The notes under the pieces were generated by a model. It made no database searches. It was not told where the DNA came from and saw only the letters and a program-made list of their open reading frames with translations. Below, one piece after another: positions 47,961 to 58,418 of a DNA stretch of 64,000 nt; position 1 is the stretch's first letter, and the number at the start of each line of letters is the position of its first letter. The position numbers were made by a program, and so were the translations under genes. The stretch lies in NCBI GenBank assembly GCA_041661305.1, contig JBAZUR010000002.1:10621-74620 (forward strand), written 5' to 3'. This DNA comes from Minisyncoccota bacterium. GTDB lineage: Bacteria; Patescibacteriota; Minisyncoccia; Phycocordibacterales; VMEP01.

Positions 47961-49073
47961 ATGCGTTTATCAACACTACCTAAAAATTTAAAGTTAAAAG
48001 GAAAGCGTGTTTTAATACGCCTTGATTTAAATGAGCCAATAGAAAAAGGGATGGTGGTTAATGATTTTCGAATACGGAGAGCACTTCCAACTTTGCAATT
48101 TTTAGTGAAAAACGGAGCACGAGTTGTTGTACTTAGCCACCGAGAGAAACCCGAAGATACAATTAAAGTTGCGGTTTTGCATTTAAATAAATTTATTAAA
48201 GCGGGGTTTGTCCCTGATGTTTGTGGAAGCGTTGCCGAGGAATCAATCAAAAGAATGGCAGACGGGAGTATTCTTGTTTTAGAGAACTTGAGACGCGAGA
48301 AAGGGGAAGAAAAAAACGAACTATCTTTCGCAAAGAAGCTTGCGAGATTTGGAGATATTTATATAAACGAAGCGTTTTCAGTCTCTCATAGAAAGCATGC
48401 GTCAATTGTTTCAGTACCAAAACTCTTACCTTCTTTTGCGGGTTTTCTTTTTGCTGAAGAAGTTTCTAATCTTTCTCGTGCTATTAAACCAAAACAGCCA
48501 CTTCTTATGGTTGTTAGTGGCGCCAAATCAGAAACCAAACTTCCACTCATAAAAAAATATTTGCCGAAAGCTTCAAATATTTTTGTTGGAGGCGCACTAG
48601 CCAATAGTTTTTTTAAGGAAGAAGGTTACGAAATAGGGAAATCTCTTGCCGATAAAAACACAAAAGCACTAAGCCCACTTTTAAAAAATAAAAAAGTATT
48701 TTTACCGGTTGATGTTGTTGTGAGAAGTGGGGAAGTTAAGTGGGCGGATGAGGTTTTAAAGAATGAATACATCGTTGATAATGGCCCAGAATCACTTTTT
48801 ATTCTTGAAAACATGATTGATAAATCAAAAACCGTTATTGTGAATGGACCACTTGGTGTTTATCAAGATGGATTTGGTGCTGGGACAGAAAAGCTTTTAA
48901 AAATTCTCGCAAAAGCAAAATGCGAAACTATTATTGGCGGAGGTGATACTTCGGCTCTTGTTTCTAAATTAAAACTTGAGAAAAAATTCTCATTTGTTTC
49001 GACTGGTGGCGGGGCGATGCTCGATTTTTTGATTAACGAAACTCTGCCTGGGATAAAAGCCCTAACTCGCTAA
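47961..49073 (+). CDS. pgk: Phosphoglycerate kinase
   Basis: RLDLNEP, LENLR, GGGDT, STGGGA. Confidence 0.95.
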   Translation: MRLSTLPKNLKLKGKRVLIRLDLNEPIEKGMVVNDFRIRRALPTLQFLVKNGARVVVLSHREKPEDTIKVAVLHLNKFIKAGFVPDVCGSVAEESIKRMADGSILVLENLRREKGEEKNELSFAKKLARFGDIYINEAFSVSHRKHASIVSVPKLLPSFAGFLFAEEVSNLSRAIKPKQPLLMVVSGAKSETKLPLIKKYLPKASNIFVGGALANSFFKEEGYEIGKSLADKNTKALSPLLKNKKVFLPVDVVVRSGEVKWADEVLKNEYIVDNGPESLFILENMIDKSKTVIVNGPLGVYQDGFGAGTEKLLKILAKAKCETIIGGGDTSALVSKLKLEKKFSFVSTGGGAMLDFLINETLPGIKALTR

Positions 49074-49510
49074 TTATCTAAAATAATCTTTTTGATTTTT
49101 TCTGCAGTCGCAGACATTTCTCCCTCGTTATAATTTTTGCCATGCCAATGAGTGAAACCATCTCCAGTAAATCGGGGAACTAAATGAAGGTGTAGGTGGT
49201 AGACAAGTTGACCTGCTGGTCCGCCATTATTGTTTATGATATTTAGGCCGTCAGCGTTAACTCCATTTTTAACAGCACTAGAGACTATTTTTAGTGCCGA
49301 CACTATATTTTGAAGAGTTTCACTTGGTGTATCAAAAATATTTTGAGTATGTTTTTTCGGTATTAAAAGTGTGTGCCCGATGTTTATTGGATTAATATCT
49401 AAAAATGCCAAAGAGTGTTCATCCTCGTAGACTTTTTCGGCTGGAATTTCTCCAGCAATTATTTTACAAAAAAGACAATTTTTTTCTTCGATGGATGTTT
49501 CGTTGTTCAT
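49070..49510 (-). CDS. HIT family nucleotide hydrolase
   Basis: CLFCKI, GHTLLIPK, HLHLH. Confidence 0.95.
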   Translation of the reverse strand: MNNETSIEEKNCLFCKIIAGEIPAEKVYEDEHSLAFLDINPINIGHTLLIPKKHTQNIFDTPSETLQNIVSALKIVSSAVKNGVNADGLNIINNNGGPAGQLVYHLHLHLVPRFTGDGFTHWHGKNYNEGEMSATAEKIKKIILDN

Positions 49511-49586
49511 GAATTGATTGTATGTAATTTAAGCTAATTTTCAAAGTAGAGGCTTAAAATTGTGTGTGGTAAAATGAGGGACCTTA

Positions 49587-51311
49587 ATGAAAGAAACCTA
49601 TAAAATAAAAAGCGAAATACCAGATGGTGCTCGAGAAAAGCTTGCCCAATATGGAGAATTTTTGGCAAAACTTTTATATCATCGTGGAATAAAAGAAGCA
49701 GATGAAGCTGAGAGGTTTTTAAATCCGGATTACGAGCGCGACACCAATGACCCTTTTCTAATTTTAAACATGGAACGTGGAGTGGAGCGTATTATGAGAG
49801 CTATCGAAGAAGAGGAAAGAATAGTTGTTTATGGAGATTATGATTGTGATGGAATTCCCGGCTCGGTTATTCTTCATGATTTTTTTAAAAAGATTGGCTA
49901 TAAAAATTTTTTAAATTATATCCCACATCGAAATATTGAAGGTTATGGATTAAATCGTGGAGCGATAGAGCAATTTGCCAAAGATGGCACAGCACTCGTT
50001 GTTACCGTCGATTGTGGAATAACTGATGTTCAAGAAGTTGCTTTGGCGAATGAACTTGGTATTGATGTAATTATTACCGACCATCATTTGCCACAAGCGA
50101 TACTTCCAAATGCTTATGCAATTATTAATTCAAAACAAGAAGGTGATACCTATCCCGACAACATGCTCTGTGGTGCGGGGGTTGCATTCAAATTAGTTCA
50201 AGCTCTTTTGTCTTTAGGGCGCGAAAAATGGGGGGTACCAACTGGATGGGAAAAATGGTTGCTTGATATGGCGGGTCTTTCAACCATTGCCGACATGGTC
50301 CCACTTCAAAAAGAAAATCGAGCTTTGGCTCATTTTGGAATTTCTGTTTTGAGAAAATCACGTCGACCAGGATTCCAAAAACTTTTACGAAAAATGTTTA
50401 TGGATCAACGACACATTACCGAAGACGACATTGCTTTTATGATTGCTCCGAGAATAAACGCCGCTTCACGGCTTGATGTTCCGTTTGAAGCATTTCGTCT
50501 TCTTTCTACAAATGATGAAACAACTGCTGATGAACTCTCTAGTCATTTGCAGAACATAAACGAAGGAAGAAAGGGGATGGTTCTTTCGATTATGAAGGAG
50601 GTTAAACAAACGATGGAGAAAAGAGAGCTGAGGGAAATTATTGTAATCGGAAGTCCTTCTTGGAAACCTGGGGTTGCGGGTCTTGTGGCAACGCGATTGG
50701 TTGAAGAATACGACAGACCTGTTTTTGTTTGGGGGTCTGATGAAAATAACACCCACCTTAAGGGTTCGTGTCGATCTGACGGCACGATTAATTTAGTTGA
50801 ACTTATGGTTAATGTTCCAGATGGAACATTTTTAGACGTTGGAGGTCACGAGTTTTCGGGTGGGTTTTCGGTTTCACACGAGGCGATTCATTTTTTAGAA
50901 GATGCACTTGTTAAGGCGTACCTTAACTTACCTAAAAAAGAAAAAGATACGGGGGCGATAGAAGTTGACGCGGAGCTAACACTTAATCAAGTTACCCGCG
51001 AAAATTATAAACATATTGAAAAGTTGGCACCTTTTGGTGTTGGCAACCATAAACCAACCTTTATTTTTCGTGGAGTTGTTCCAGAAGAAGTGAAAGCTTT
51101 TGGAAAAGGACGTAACCACTTGGAAATTATTTTCAAAACAGAAAAAGGAGATTTGGTTTCAGCGATAGGTTTTTTTAAAACGGCAAAAGATTTTGGCACT
51201 TTAGTTGAGGCGGGGACTCCGGTTGACATGGTGGCAACATTTGAAAAATCGATGTATCGAGGTGTCGATAAATTACGTTTGCGGATTGTTGATGTTGTGG
51301 CAAAAAGTTAG
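49587..51311 (+). CDS. recJ: ssDNA-specific exonuclease RecJ
   Basis: GDYDCDG, TVDCG, TDHH, PRINA, GGH. Confidence 0.95.
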   Translation: MKETYKIKSEIPDGAREKLAQYGEFLAKLLYHRGIKEADEAERFLNPDYERDTNDPFLILNMERGVERIMRAIEEEERIVVYGDYDCDGIPGSVILHDFFKKIGYKNFLNYIPHRNIEGYGLNRGAIEQFAKDGTALVVTVDCGITDVQEVALANELGIDVIITDHHLPQAILPNAYAIINSKQEGDTYPDNMLCGAGVAFKLVQALLSLGREKWGVPTGWEKWLLDMAGLSTIADMVPLQKENRALAHFGISVLRKSRRPGFQKLLRKMFMDQRHITEDDIAFMIAPRINAASRLDVPFEAFRLLSTNDETTADELSSHLQNINEGRKGMVLSIMKEVKQTMEKRELREIIVIGSPSWKPGVAGLVATRLVEEYDRPVFVWGSDENNTHLKGSCRSDGTINLVELMVNVPDGTFLDVGGHEFSGGFSVSHEAIHFLEDALVKAYLNLPKKEKDTGAIEVDAELTLNQVTRENYKHIEKLAPFGVGNHKPTFIFRGVVPEEVKAFGKGRNHLEIIFKTEKGDLVSAIGFFKTAKDFGTLVEAGTPVDMVATFEKSMYRGVDKLRLRIVDVVAKS

Positions 51312-51320
51312 AATAGCTGT

Positions 51321-52064
51321 ATGAAAAATAATCTTATTATCTTTGCTGACGGAAGCTCTCTTGGAAATCCCGGCCCAGGTGGTTGGGGTGCTGTTGTTGT
51401 GTACGAAAATAGTTCAAAAGTAGTTGAACTCGGTGGTGGAGATAAACATACAACCAACAATAGAATGGAGTTAACCGGTGCGATCGAAGCGTTAAATTTT
51501 TCTAACACAATAAAGGACGATGATCAGAAGTTGATTCTCCATACAGATTCAAGTTATGTAATAAATGGAATCACTAAATGGATTCATAATTGGGAAAAGA
51601 AAAATTGGATAGGTACTAATAAAAAAGAAATTTTGAACAAAGATTTGTGGGTGAAACTTTCAAAAATAGTCAAAGGTAAAAAAATTGAGTGGAAGCACGT
51701 GAAGGGCCATGTTGGAATTGCTGGTAACGAGCGAGCTGATTTTTTGGCCACGATGTGCGCAAAAGAACAAAGCTGGAAAAAAGAAAAATTTTTTACAGGT
51801 CCAATTTCAAAATACCCATATGATATTTTGAATACGAAAGTTAGTGTGACAAAGTCTGTGTCACGGGAAAAAACAAAATCAAAAAAGAAAAGTTCTAGTG
51901 CAAAGGCATACTCATATTTATCGTTAGTGAATGGCAAGCTCATGCGCCACGCAACTTGGGCAGAGTGCGAGAAGAGGGTGAAGGGTGTTCCAAAAACAAA
52001 ATTTAAAAAAGCATTTTCTAAAGAGGATGAAATCTCTATTGCGAAAGAGTGGGGAGTGAAGTAA
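51321..52064 (+). CDS. rnhA: RNase HI with C-terminal hybrid-binding (viroplasmin-like) domain
   Basis: DGSSLGNPGPGG, TNNRMEL, TDS, VKGH, NERAD; tail TWAECEKRVKG. Confidence 0.9.
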   Translation: MKNNLIIFADGSSLGNPGPGGWGAVVVYENSSKVVELGGGDKHTTNNRMELTGAIEALNFSNTIKDDDQKLILHTDSSYVINGITKWIHNWEKKNWIGTNKKEILNKDLWVKLSKIVKGKKIEWKHVKGHVGIAGNERADFLATMCAKEQSWKKEKFFTGPISKYPYDILNTKVSVTKSVSREKTKSKKKSSSAKAYSYLSLVNGKLMRHATWAECEKRVKGVPKTKFKKAFSKEDEISIAKEWGVK

Positions 52065-52070
52065 AAAAAT

Positions 52071-52100
52071 AAACGACTTGCGATGAGCGCAAGTCGTTTT
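52071..52100. terminator. Bidirectional terminator
   Basis: aaacgacttgcg-atgag-cgcaagtcgttt. Confidence 0.7.
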
Positions 52101-52684
52101 CATTTCCTCCTCTCTTTTCCCGTCCTTATCAAAGGAATCCTTCTTCCGTTACCGATCTTTGTTTGAGGGAACCAAGATTTAATTTCAATTACTATCTTTG
52201 GGTCAAGCATCGGCATTTTCAGAACTGAACATCTGATTGCGTGACGATATAAATTCTCGTCTTGGTAGAAAGTTCCAGGCACTAAAAAGGTGTCTTTGTG
52301 CCAGGAAGTTTTGATGTCGCAATATGCAAGTATTTCGCAAAGATTCGCATATCGATAATCAAATTTATCCACCTCAATTTTTCCGCGAAGCTCTTTCTCA
52401 AACTGCTCAATCGAAACATTGCCTTCTGTGATTGCGAAGACGACGTCGACTAAGTATGGAGAATCCGGAAAAACAGAATAACGTGTTCCCGGTACACGAG
52501 AGACCCCGCGAGCGCTTAACTGTAATTCTAGTACGGCACTCTCATTGTCGTTTTTTTCAGACATCGCTGGGTGAAAAAATTTTGCGTAATGCTCGTATTT
52601 GGTCCTATTGACCAAGACCTTTCCACCAATTTCAATTTTCACAAAAGTTCCTTCCAAAAGAATTATCTGTTGATATTCTTTCAC
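52100..52684 (-). CDS. ORFan hypothetical protein (start uncertain)
   Basis: 194-aa ORF filling the gap between rnhA and comEC. Confidence 0.5.
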   Translation of the reverse strand: MKEYQQIILLEGTFVKIEIGGKVLVNRTKYEHYAKFFHPAMSEKNDNESAVLELQLSARGVSRVPGTRYSVFPDSPYLVDVVFAITEGNVSIEQFEKELRGKIEVDKFDYRYANLCEILAYCDIKTSWHKDTFLVPGTFYQDENLYRHAIRCSVLKMPMLDPKIVIEIKSWFPQTKIGNGRRIPLIRTGKERRK

Positions 52685-52702
52685 AAGCTTTTGTTTTTGT
52701 AT

Positions 52703-54226
52703 ATGTCTCTACTGTATTATGAAAAGGTGAGAAATATTCTATTTTTTGCGATATTTTTTGGTTTAATTGTCGGTATTGTTACTGAATCATATTTACGATT
52801 CGGTGGTTCTTTTATATTTTTGTTCTTGATTTTATCAATCGCATTTTCAATAACGAGATATTTTTTTGAAAGGAAACTCCTTTTTCATTCTTTGGCAATA
52901 TTTTTTCTTTGCGTTTCCTTCGGCGCAATACGCGCCGATTACTCAGAGTACAAATATAATTCAATTAAAAATGAACTCTCGACACTTGTTGGTACCCCGC
53001 ACGAGTTTAGTGGCATGGTTGTTGGAGGTGTTTCACACGGAGAACAAACAACAAAATTTTTTGTTTCATTAAGCGGGGTGAAAAGTAATGAAGGGAGTAA
53101 GAATATTGAAGGAATTATTTCTGTGGTAGCTTCTCGAGAGACTACAGTTTTCTATGGCGATGAAATAAGAATTTCCGGAACGATTACTGAACCAAAAAGT
53201 TTTGTTACAGAACGAGGGGATGTTTTTGATTACAGTGCATATCTCGCCACACGCGGAGCGCATTACGTGATGCTTTATCCAAAGATAAGTGTGTTAGGGG
53301 GAAATAAAAGCACGGGGATTATCGGTAAACTTGTTTCCTTAAAAACAGCTTTTGAGGAAAAAACAAAAGCAATTTTCGGTGAGCCAGAAGCTAGTCTTCT
53401 AAATGGAATTTTATTTGGAGCAAATGATTCACTTGGAGAGCCGTTAACGACAAATCTTAAAAACACATCAACAATTCATATTGCTGTGTTGTCTGGTTAT
53501 AATATCGCGCTTGTTGTCATTGCACTCTTGTTTATGACTTCGTTTTTACCAAAACTAATTAGTATCCTTTTTTCAATTATTGGAATTGTTTTATTTGTCG
53601 CAATGGTTGGAGTAGAGCCACCGGCCGTTCGCTCTGCAATCATGGCTATCGTCGCACTTTCAGGACTAATTTTAGGAAGACCGTATGATGCCGGAAGAGC
53701 ACTTTTTGTAGCGATAGCGCTCATGCTTTTTCAGAACCCAGAAATTTATGGAAATCCTTCGTTTATACTTTCGTGCCTCGCGACGTTTGGAATAATTTTT
53801 CTAACACCAATTTTTTCTTTATTGTTTTCGTCTATAACGAATCGTTACAATTTTCGCGAATTATTAGCAACAACTATTTCAGCCCAACTTTCAGTAACAC
53901 CTTATTTGGTTTATTTGGTCGGCGTTTTTTCGGTCGTGGCCCTGCCGGCAAATATTCTTGTTCTTCCTGTGATTCCACTTATTATGATTTTTGGGTTTAT
54001 CTCAGTTCTCGCTAGTTTTGTCGTTGGGGTAATTGCGCTTCCTCTTTTTGCTATTACGCACGTCCTGCTTTCGTATTTAATTAGCGTAGTTTCTTTTTTT
54101 GGAGGGCTATCGTTTGCTACGATTTCACTTGGAATAATTTCTGGAATTTATACCTTATTGTTTTATGTCATTATGGTTATAGTTTTTTTGTTTATACACA
54201 GAAAGGTAAGAGGAAATGAAAAATAA
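52703..54226 (+). CDS. comEC: ComEC/Rec2 competence channel (OB + competence domains)
   Basis: HIAVLSGYN, VRSAIM, SFILSCLAT, ANILV. Confidence 0.9.
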   Translation: MSLLYYEKVRNILFFAIFFGLIVGIVTESYLRFGGSFIFLFLILSIAFSITRYFFERKLLFHSLAIFFLCVSFGAIRADYSEYKYNSIKNELSTLVGTPHEFSGMVVGGVSHGEQTTKFFVSLSGVKSNEGSKNIEGIISVVASRETTVFYGDEIRISGTITEPKSFVTERGDVFDYSAYLATRGAHYVMLYPKISVLGGNKSTGIIGKLVSLKTAFEEKTKAIFGEPEASLLNGILFGANDSLGEPLTTNLKNTSTIHIAVLSGYNIALVVIALLFMTSFLPKLISILFSIIGIVLFVAMVGVEPPAVRSAIMAIVALSGLILGRPYDAGRALFVAIALMLFQNPEIYGNPSFILSCLATFGIIFLTPIFSLLFSSITNRYNFRELLATTISAQLSVTPYLVYLVGVFSVVALPANILVLPVIPLIMIFGFISVLASFVVGVIALPLFAITHVLLSYLISVVSFFGGLSFATISLGIISGIYTLLFYVIMVIVFLFIHRKVRGNEK

Positions 54227-55085
54227 TTTTAAGCAGTATTACGCATTTTTATTTATTTTAGTAATTCTCGTTATTAATGTTTTTGTTTGGTCGGCTGTTG
54301 TAAAGGAAGGGCGCGCAAAAGTTCTTACCGTTGCCTTTCTTGATGTTGGTGTTGGAGATGCAATTTATATAGAAGCGCCAAACGGGAACAGAATGCTTGT
54401 TGATGGTGGGCCCGACAGAAGCGTTGTTAGAGAGCTTTCAAAGTTGATGCCGTTTTACGAAAGATCAATTGATGTTGTTCTAGCAACTCATCCAGATAAA
54501 GATCATATCGGTGGTCTAATAGATGTTTTAAGAAACTACGATGTAAAAAATATTGTGACAACCGGCGCAACATCAACAACAGATACGGACGAGGTATTTA
54601 AAAAAGCGATTAAGGATGAAGAAAAAAGCGGGGCGGAAAATGTTGTTGCAAGAAGAGGGACAACAATAGAACTTTCACCAGAAGTTTTTTTCAGTATTCT
54701 TTATCCAATTTCTATTCATGCAAAAGACCAAACCAACGATACTTCTGTCGTTGGTATCCTTTATTATGGTAACGAATCGTTTATGTTGACTGGCGATGCT
54801 CCACAAAAAGTAGAGAAGTATCTTGTCGCGACGGATGGTAAAAATTTAAAAGCGACAGTTTTAAAACTCGGACACCATGGGTCAAAAACGTCTTCCAGCG
54901 AATCTTTCATTGGGAATGTTTCTCCAGATTACGCGATTATCTCCACTGCAAAGAAAAATAGATACGGACATCCACATAAAGAAGTAATTGATTTGTTGAA
55001 AAAATATAATATTCCGACGATTGCTACTTACGATTCAGGGACAGTAATCTTTAAAACAAACGGCGAAACTCTTACTCATAATTAA
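54216..55085 (+). CDS. ComEC-type metallo-beta-lactamase-fold nuclease (separate ORF)
   Basis: LDVGVGDA, THPDKDHIGG, TGD, GHHGS, YGHP. Confidence 0.9.
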   Translation: MKNNFKQYYAFLFILVILVINVFVWSAVVKEGRAKVLTVAFLDVGVGDAIYIEAPNGNRMLVDGGPDRSVVRELSKLMPFYERSIDVVLATHPDKDHIGGLIDVLRNYDVKNIVTTGATSTTDTDEVFKKAIKDEEKSGAENVVARRGTTIELSPEVFFSILYPISIHAKDQTNDTSVVGILYYGNESFMLTGDAPQKVEKYLVATDGKNLKATVLKLGHHGSKTSSSESFIGNVSPDYAIISTAKKNRYGHPHKEVIDLLKKYNIPTIATYDSGTVIFKTNGETLTHN

Positions 55086-55139
55086 ATTAAAAAACCCTTT
55101 GATGTTATCTTGGGGTTTTTTTGTGCTGTGAGCACAGAG

Positions 55140-55694
55140 CTATTTGACACAAGCTTTTGTGATTGCCGCCGAGGCAAGTTCCCGCATATTTCCGTAGATT
55201 GGGAAGTCGGGGTGTATTGCGGATTTGAAGTTGCGCACGACTCCATCAAGCCCCGGAAAATTCTTTTCTCCGCCAATCACGATTCGCAGGAAATGGTTGT
55301 ACATAAGTTGCCCGCGCCACTCTCCGAGCTCTCCACGAGTGTCCATTGCATATGGCAGGCCGTCGTTGCGAGGATGTTCCACGCTTTCTTCGGGTAGCCA
55401 AAAAATGATGCACCCGTGCGTTCCCGCGAGGTGAAGATAGTGGCGCTCCCAGTCGAGTTGGCGTTCGTAAACACCAGTTTTCCCGGATACCCTGAAGTTT
55501 CGCAGGAAATGATTTTGCCCGTAGCGCTGAGGAATAGCGACAAGGAAATCGCGATCGCCAATCTGACTCCTGATTTCACCACACATCGCGTATTGCCAGT
55601 CGCCACCACCTAAGACGGGTCCGGCAAGGAAGAATATGGGAAGATCTCCATATTCAGAAAGACCAACATGGTCTTTAGGAAGAACAATTTTCAT
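55140..55694 (-). CDS. Nucleoside 2-deoxyribosyltransferase-like protein
   Basis: FFLAGP..WQ, QLDWE, IIFW, TRGELGEW; AAGGAG SD. Confidence 0.7.
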   Translation of the reverse strand: MKIVLPKDHVGLSEYGDLPIFFLAGPVLGGGDWQYAMCGEIRSQIGDRDFLVAIPQRYGQNHFLRNFRVSGKTGVYERQLDWERHYLHLAGTHGCIIFWLPEESVEHPRNDGLPYAMDTRGELGEWRGQLMYNHFLRIVIGGEKNFPGLDGVVRNFKSAIHPDFPIYGNMRELASAAITKACVK

Positions 55695-55785
55695 TGGAAG
55701 TACTCCTTTTGAGGTTGTCTATTTTCAAACTACATCAAACCAGTTTGTTTCGCAAGAAAAAATCCGCCACTTCGGCGGATTTTGA

Positions 55786-55995
55786 TTATTTAGTAGATGG
55801 GTGAAGGAGATGTTTACCTGCTTTCATACAGCGGGTACATATTTTTTGGCGCTTCCCGTCAGTCATTTTTGCCCATTGCAAATTAACCTGGGCTCGTACT
55901 TTCCCGGTTGGGTTGAATTTTGTCGCGCGAATTCGGTTTGAATATCCGCCTACGACCAAACTTCCTCGCTCACAAATTGGACAAATTTTTGCCAT
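55786..55995 (-). CDS. rpmB: 50S ribosomal protein L28
   Basis: MAKICPIC..NLQ..ICTRCMK. Confidence 0.85.
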   Translation of the reverse strand: MAKICPICERGSLVVGGYSNRIRATKFNPTGKVRAQVNLQWAKMTDGKRQKICTRCMKAGKHLLHPSTK

Positions 55996-56033
55996 AGATT
56001 TAGTCGCCGTATGCTATCATGTGCTTCATATAT

Positions 56034-56654
56034 ATGCAAGAAATTGACTTCATTTTCACAATCGCGGCCTTAATTATGTCGGTCGTTGTTCACGAAGTTT
56101 CTCATGGGTATGTGGCAGACATTTTAGGTGATGGAACCGCTCGTTTTTCAGGCAGGTTAACTCTTAACCCCTTAAAACACCTTGACCCGATAGGCTCTTT
56201 TTTAATTCCAGTCCTTTCTTATTTTTCGGCTGGTTTTCTTTTTGGTTGGGCAAAACCAGTGCCATATAATCCATATAATTTAAAAAATCAAAGATGGGGT
56301 GAGTTGATGGTTGCGGGAGCTGGTCCACTTTCTAACTTTTTAATCGCAATTGTTTTCGGTTTGATTATTCGCTTTTCTTCAGAGCTCGGGATAAATAGTG
56401 TCGCTTTTCTTTCCCTCTCTGCTTCGATTGTCTTTCTTAATATAATTTTAGGAGTTTTCAATCTGGTTCCGATTCCACCACTTGATGGTTCAAAGGTTCT
56501 TTTCTCAATTTTGCCCGTGAAACTTGGATATATTCAAGAGAATCTAGAGCGTTATTGGCCAATTGCTCTTGTTGTTTTTGTTCTTTTCCTTTGGCAGTTT
56601 ATTGCCCCAGTAGCTCGTTTTTTGTTCAGTTTTATAGTCGGAGTCCCGTTTTAG
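56034..56654 (+). CDS. Site-2 protease (M50)
   Basis: HEVSH, AGPLSN, NLVPIPPLDG. Confidence 0.93.
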   Translation: MQEIDFIFTIAALIMSVVVHEVSHGYVADILGDGTARFSGRLTLNPLKHLDPIGSFLIPVLSYFSAGFLFGWAKPVPYNPYNLKNQRWGELMVAGAGPLSNFLIAIVFGLIIRFSSELGINSVAFLSLSASIVFLNIILGVFNLVPIPPLDGSKVLFSILPVKLGYIQENLERYWPIALVVFVLFLWQFIAPVARFLFSFIVGVPF

Positions 56655-56744
56655 TTAGTTTTTACTAACACAAGTTTGTTTTCGTTTGATAACTATTATA
56701 TAAAGAATATAGTTTTGAACTTCAAATAAATAAAGGAGGTGCTT

Positions 56745-57218
56745 ATGAACCCCGTTGAGATTCCTCAACCAAGAACCGTTTTGTCGGTTGAGGAATTTTT
56801 AGCCTCTCTCGACAAGACAAATCCTACGTTTCAAATGGTAGAAAGGGCGCTGACATTTCCCAATAACAAAACAAGGTGTATTTACAAAAAAGACTCGCAG
56901 TTATGCGAGATGGTTATGGGAAGAAAGAGTGTTTCTCGCTTACCAATTGTAGACAAGCCACTGCAGGTTGTAATTGAGGCCGGCGATTTCCACGAAGTAA
57001 TAACCGGAGCTCTGTATTCATATCACTTCGTCTTGAATGGTGGAGACCCGAACGAGCGCAATAGTTTGATTTGGGGAGAACTTTATTGTCGCGCGGGGTA
57101 CGGATACTACTTCACAGGAGCATATGGTAATGATCACTCAGTAATCATCTCTGAGCATCACTATAAGCCGGATAGCTTCGACAAAGACTTGCTGATAAGG
57201 CTTGGCTTTGATTTTTAA
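56745..57218 (+). CDS. ORFan hypothetical protein
   Basis: AAGGAGG SD before ATG 56745; terminator at 57218-57250. Confidence 0.65.
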   Translation: MNPVEIPQPRTVLSVEEFLASLDKTNPTFQMVERALTFPNNKTRCIYKKDSQLCEMVMGRKSVSRLPIVDKPLQVVIEAGDFHEVITGALYSYHFVLNGGDPNERNSLIWGELYCRAGYGYYFTGAYGNDHSVIISEHHYKPDSFDKDLLIRLGFDF

Positions 57219-57318
57219 ACCCCACCGCCGCAAGGTTCGGTGGGGTTTTTAGCTTTTTCTTGTATAAATAAACGATTTTACCCTTAAAAACACTGGTTTT
57301 TCTTTCAAATAAACCCCA

Positions 57319-57410
57319 ATATTCCCCTTTGAAATGCATTACGGAGCGTGGCGACGCGAGTATAGTAAATTTTCAGCAGAAAATTATACGCGCATTTCAA
57401 AGGGGAATAT
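57319..57410 (+). repeat. Dispersed three-way-junction repeat, copy 3 (54-nt core + perfect 19-bp IR)
   Basis: atattcccctttgaaatgc/gcatttcaaaggggaatat enclosing the core. Confidence 0.9.
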
Positions 57411-57418
57411 AAAAAGAC

Positions 57419-57447
57419 TTGCATTAAAACCCGTTGAATAGTAGTAT
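57419..57447 (+). promoter_or_regulatory. Putative rpsL promoter
   Basis: TTGCAT-N17-TAGTAT. Confidence 0.55.
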
Positions 57448-57484
57448 TTCCCCACAAGCCTCATTGAGGCAGTTTAATTTTTTC

Positions 57485-57910
57485 ATGCCAACAATCAATC
57501 AGCTCGCAAAACGAGGACGAAAGAAAATCATCCGCAAACCAAAAGCGGTGGCTTTGCTCAAGGGTTTTAATGCTATTCAGAATCGTCCAATTTATTACAA
57601 CTCTCCATTTAAGAGAGGTGTTTGTACAAAAGTTACAACAACGACACCAAAGAAACCTAACTCCGCTCTCCGTAAAATCGCCCGTGTTCGTCTTACAAAT
57701 GGAATGGAAGTGACTGCATATATTCCTGGAATCAAACACAATCTTCAGGAACACGCCGTTGTTGTCCTTCGTGGTGGTCGTGTTAAGGACCTAACTGGAG
57801 TTCGATACCACATTGTTCGTGGTGTACTCGATACGACAGGTGTTGAAAACCGCAAGCAGAGTCGTAGTCTTTATGGAGCTAAAAAAGCTAAGGCTGGTGC
57901 AAAAAAATAA
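57485..57910 (+). CDS. rpsL: 30S ribosomal protein S12
   Basis: [24 protein letters not shown]. Confidence 0.98.
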   Translation: MPTINQLAKRGRKKIIRKPKAVALLKGFNAIQNRPIYYNSPFKRGVCTKVTTTTPKKPNSALRKIARVRLTNGMEVTAYIPGIKHNLQEHAVVVLRGGRVKDLTGVRYHIVRGVLDTTGVENRKQSRSLYGAKKAKAGAKK

Positions 57911-57913
57911 AAA

Positions 57914-58384
57914 ATGAGAAAAAAAGTTAAAAATCGAAATATCCCTGGACCAGACCTCCAATACAACTCTCCAAAAGTAGAGAAGTTTATAAACTATGTT
58001 ATGGGAAGCGGAAAGAAAAACACTGCTCGTAAGATTGTTTACGGAGCTTTTGATATTATTAAGGAAAAGACAAAGAACCCTAATCCGCTTGAGATTTTTG
58101 ATCTAGCTCTCAAGAACGCGAGCCCAGTGATGGAAGTTCGTTCGCGCCGAATCGGTGGGGCAAATTATCAGGTTCCTCGCGAAGTTAGACCAGAAAGACG
58201 CATGATGCTCGCATATCGATGGATGATTGATGCGGCGAAGTCAGGAAAAGGACGACCAATGCACGAAAAACTAGCCGACGAATTAATCGGAGCAAGTAAA
58301 AATGAAGGTGTCGCTATTAAGAAAAGAGACGATACCCACAAAATGGCGGAAGCAAACAAGGCATTTGCCCATTTTACCTGGTAA
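57914..58384 (+). CDS. rpsG: 30S ribosomal protein S7
   Basis: [23 protein letters not shown]. Confidence 0.98.
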   Translation: MRKKVKNRNIPGPDLQYNSPKVEKFINYVMGSGKKNTARKIVYGAFDIIKEKTKNPNPLEIFDLALKNASPVMEVRSRRIGGANYQVPREVRPERRMMLAYRWMIDAAKSGKGRPMHEKLADELIGASKNEGVAIKKRDDTHKMAEANKAFAHFTW

Positions 58385-58418
58385 TTTTAAAGCCCACGAA
58401 AGTGGGTTTTAAAATTAC
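58381..58418 (+). terminator. Hairpin/terminator after rpsG
   Basis: gtaattttaaagcccac-gaaa-gtgggttttaaaattac. Confidence 0.7.
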
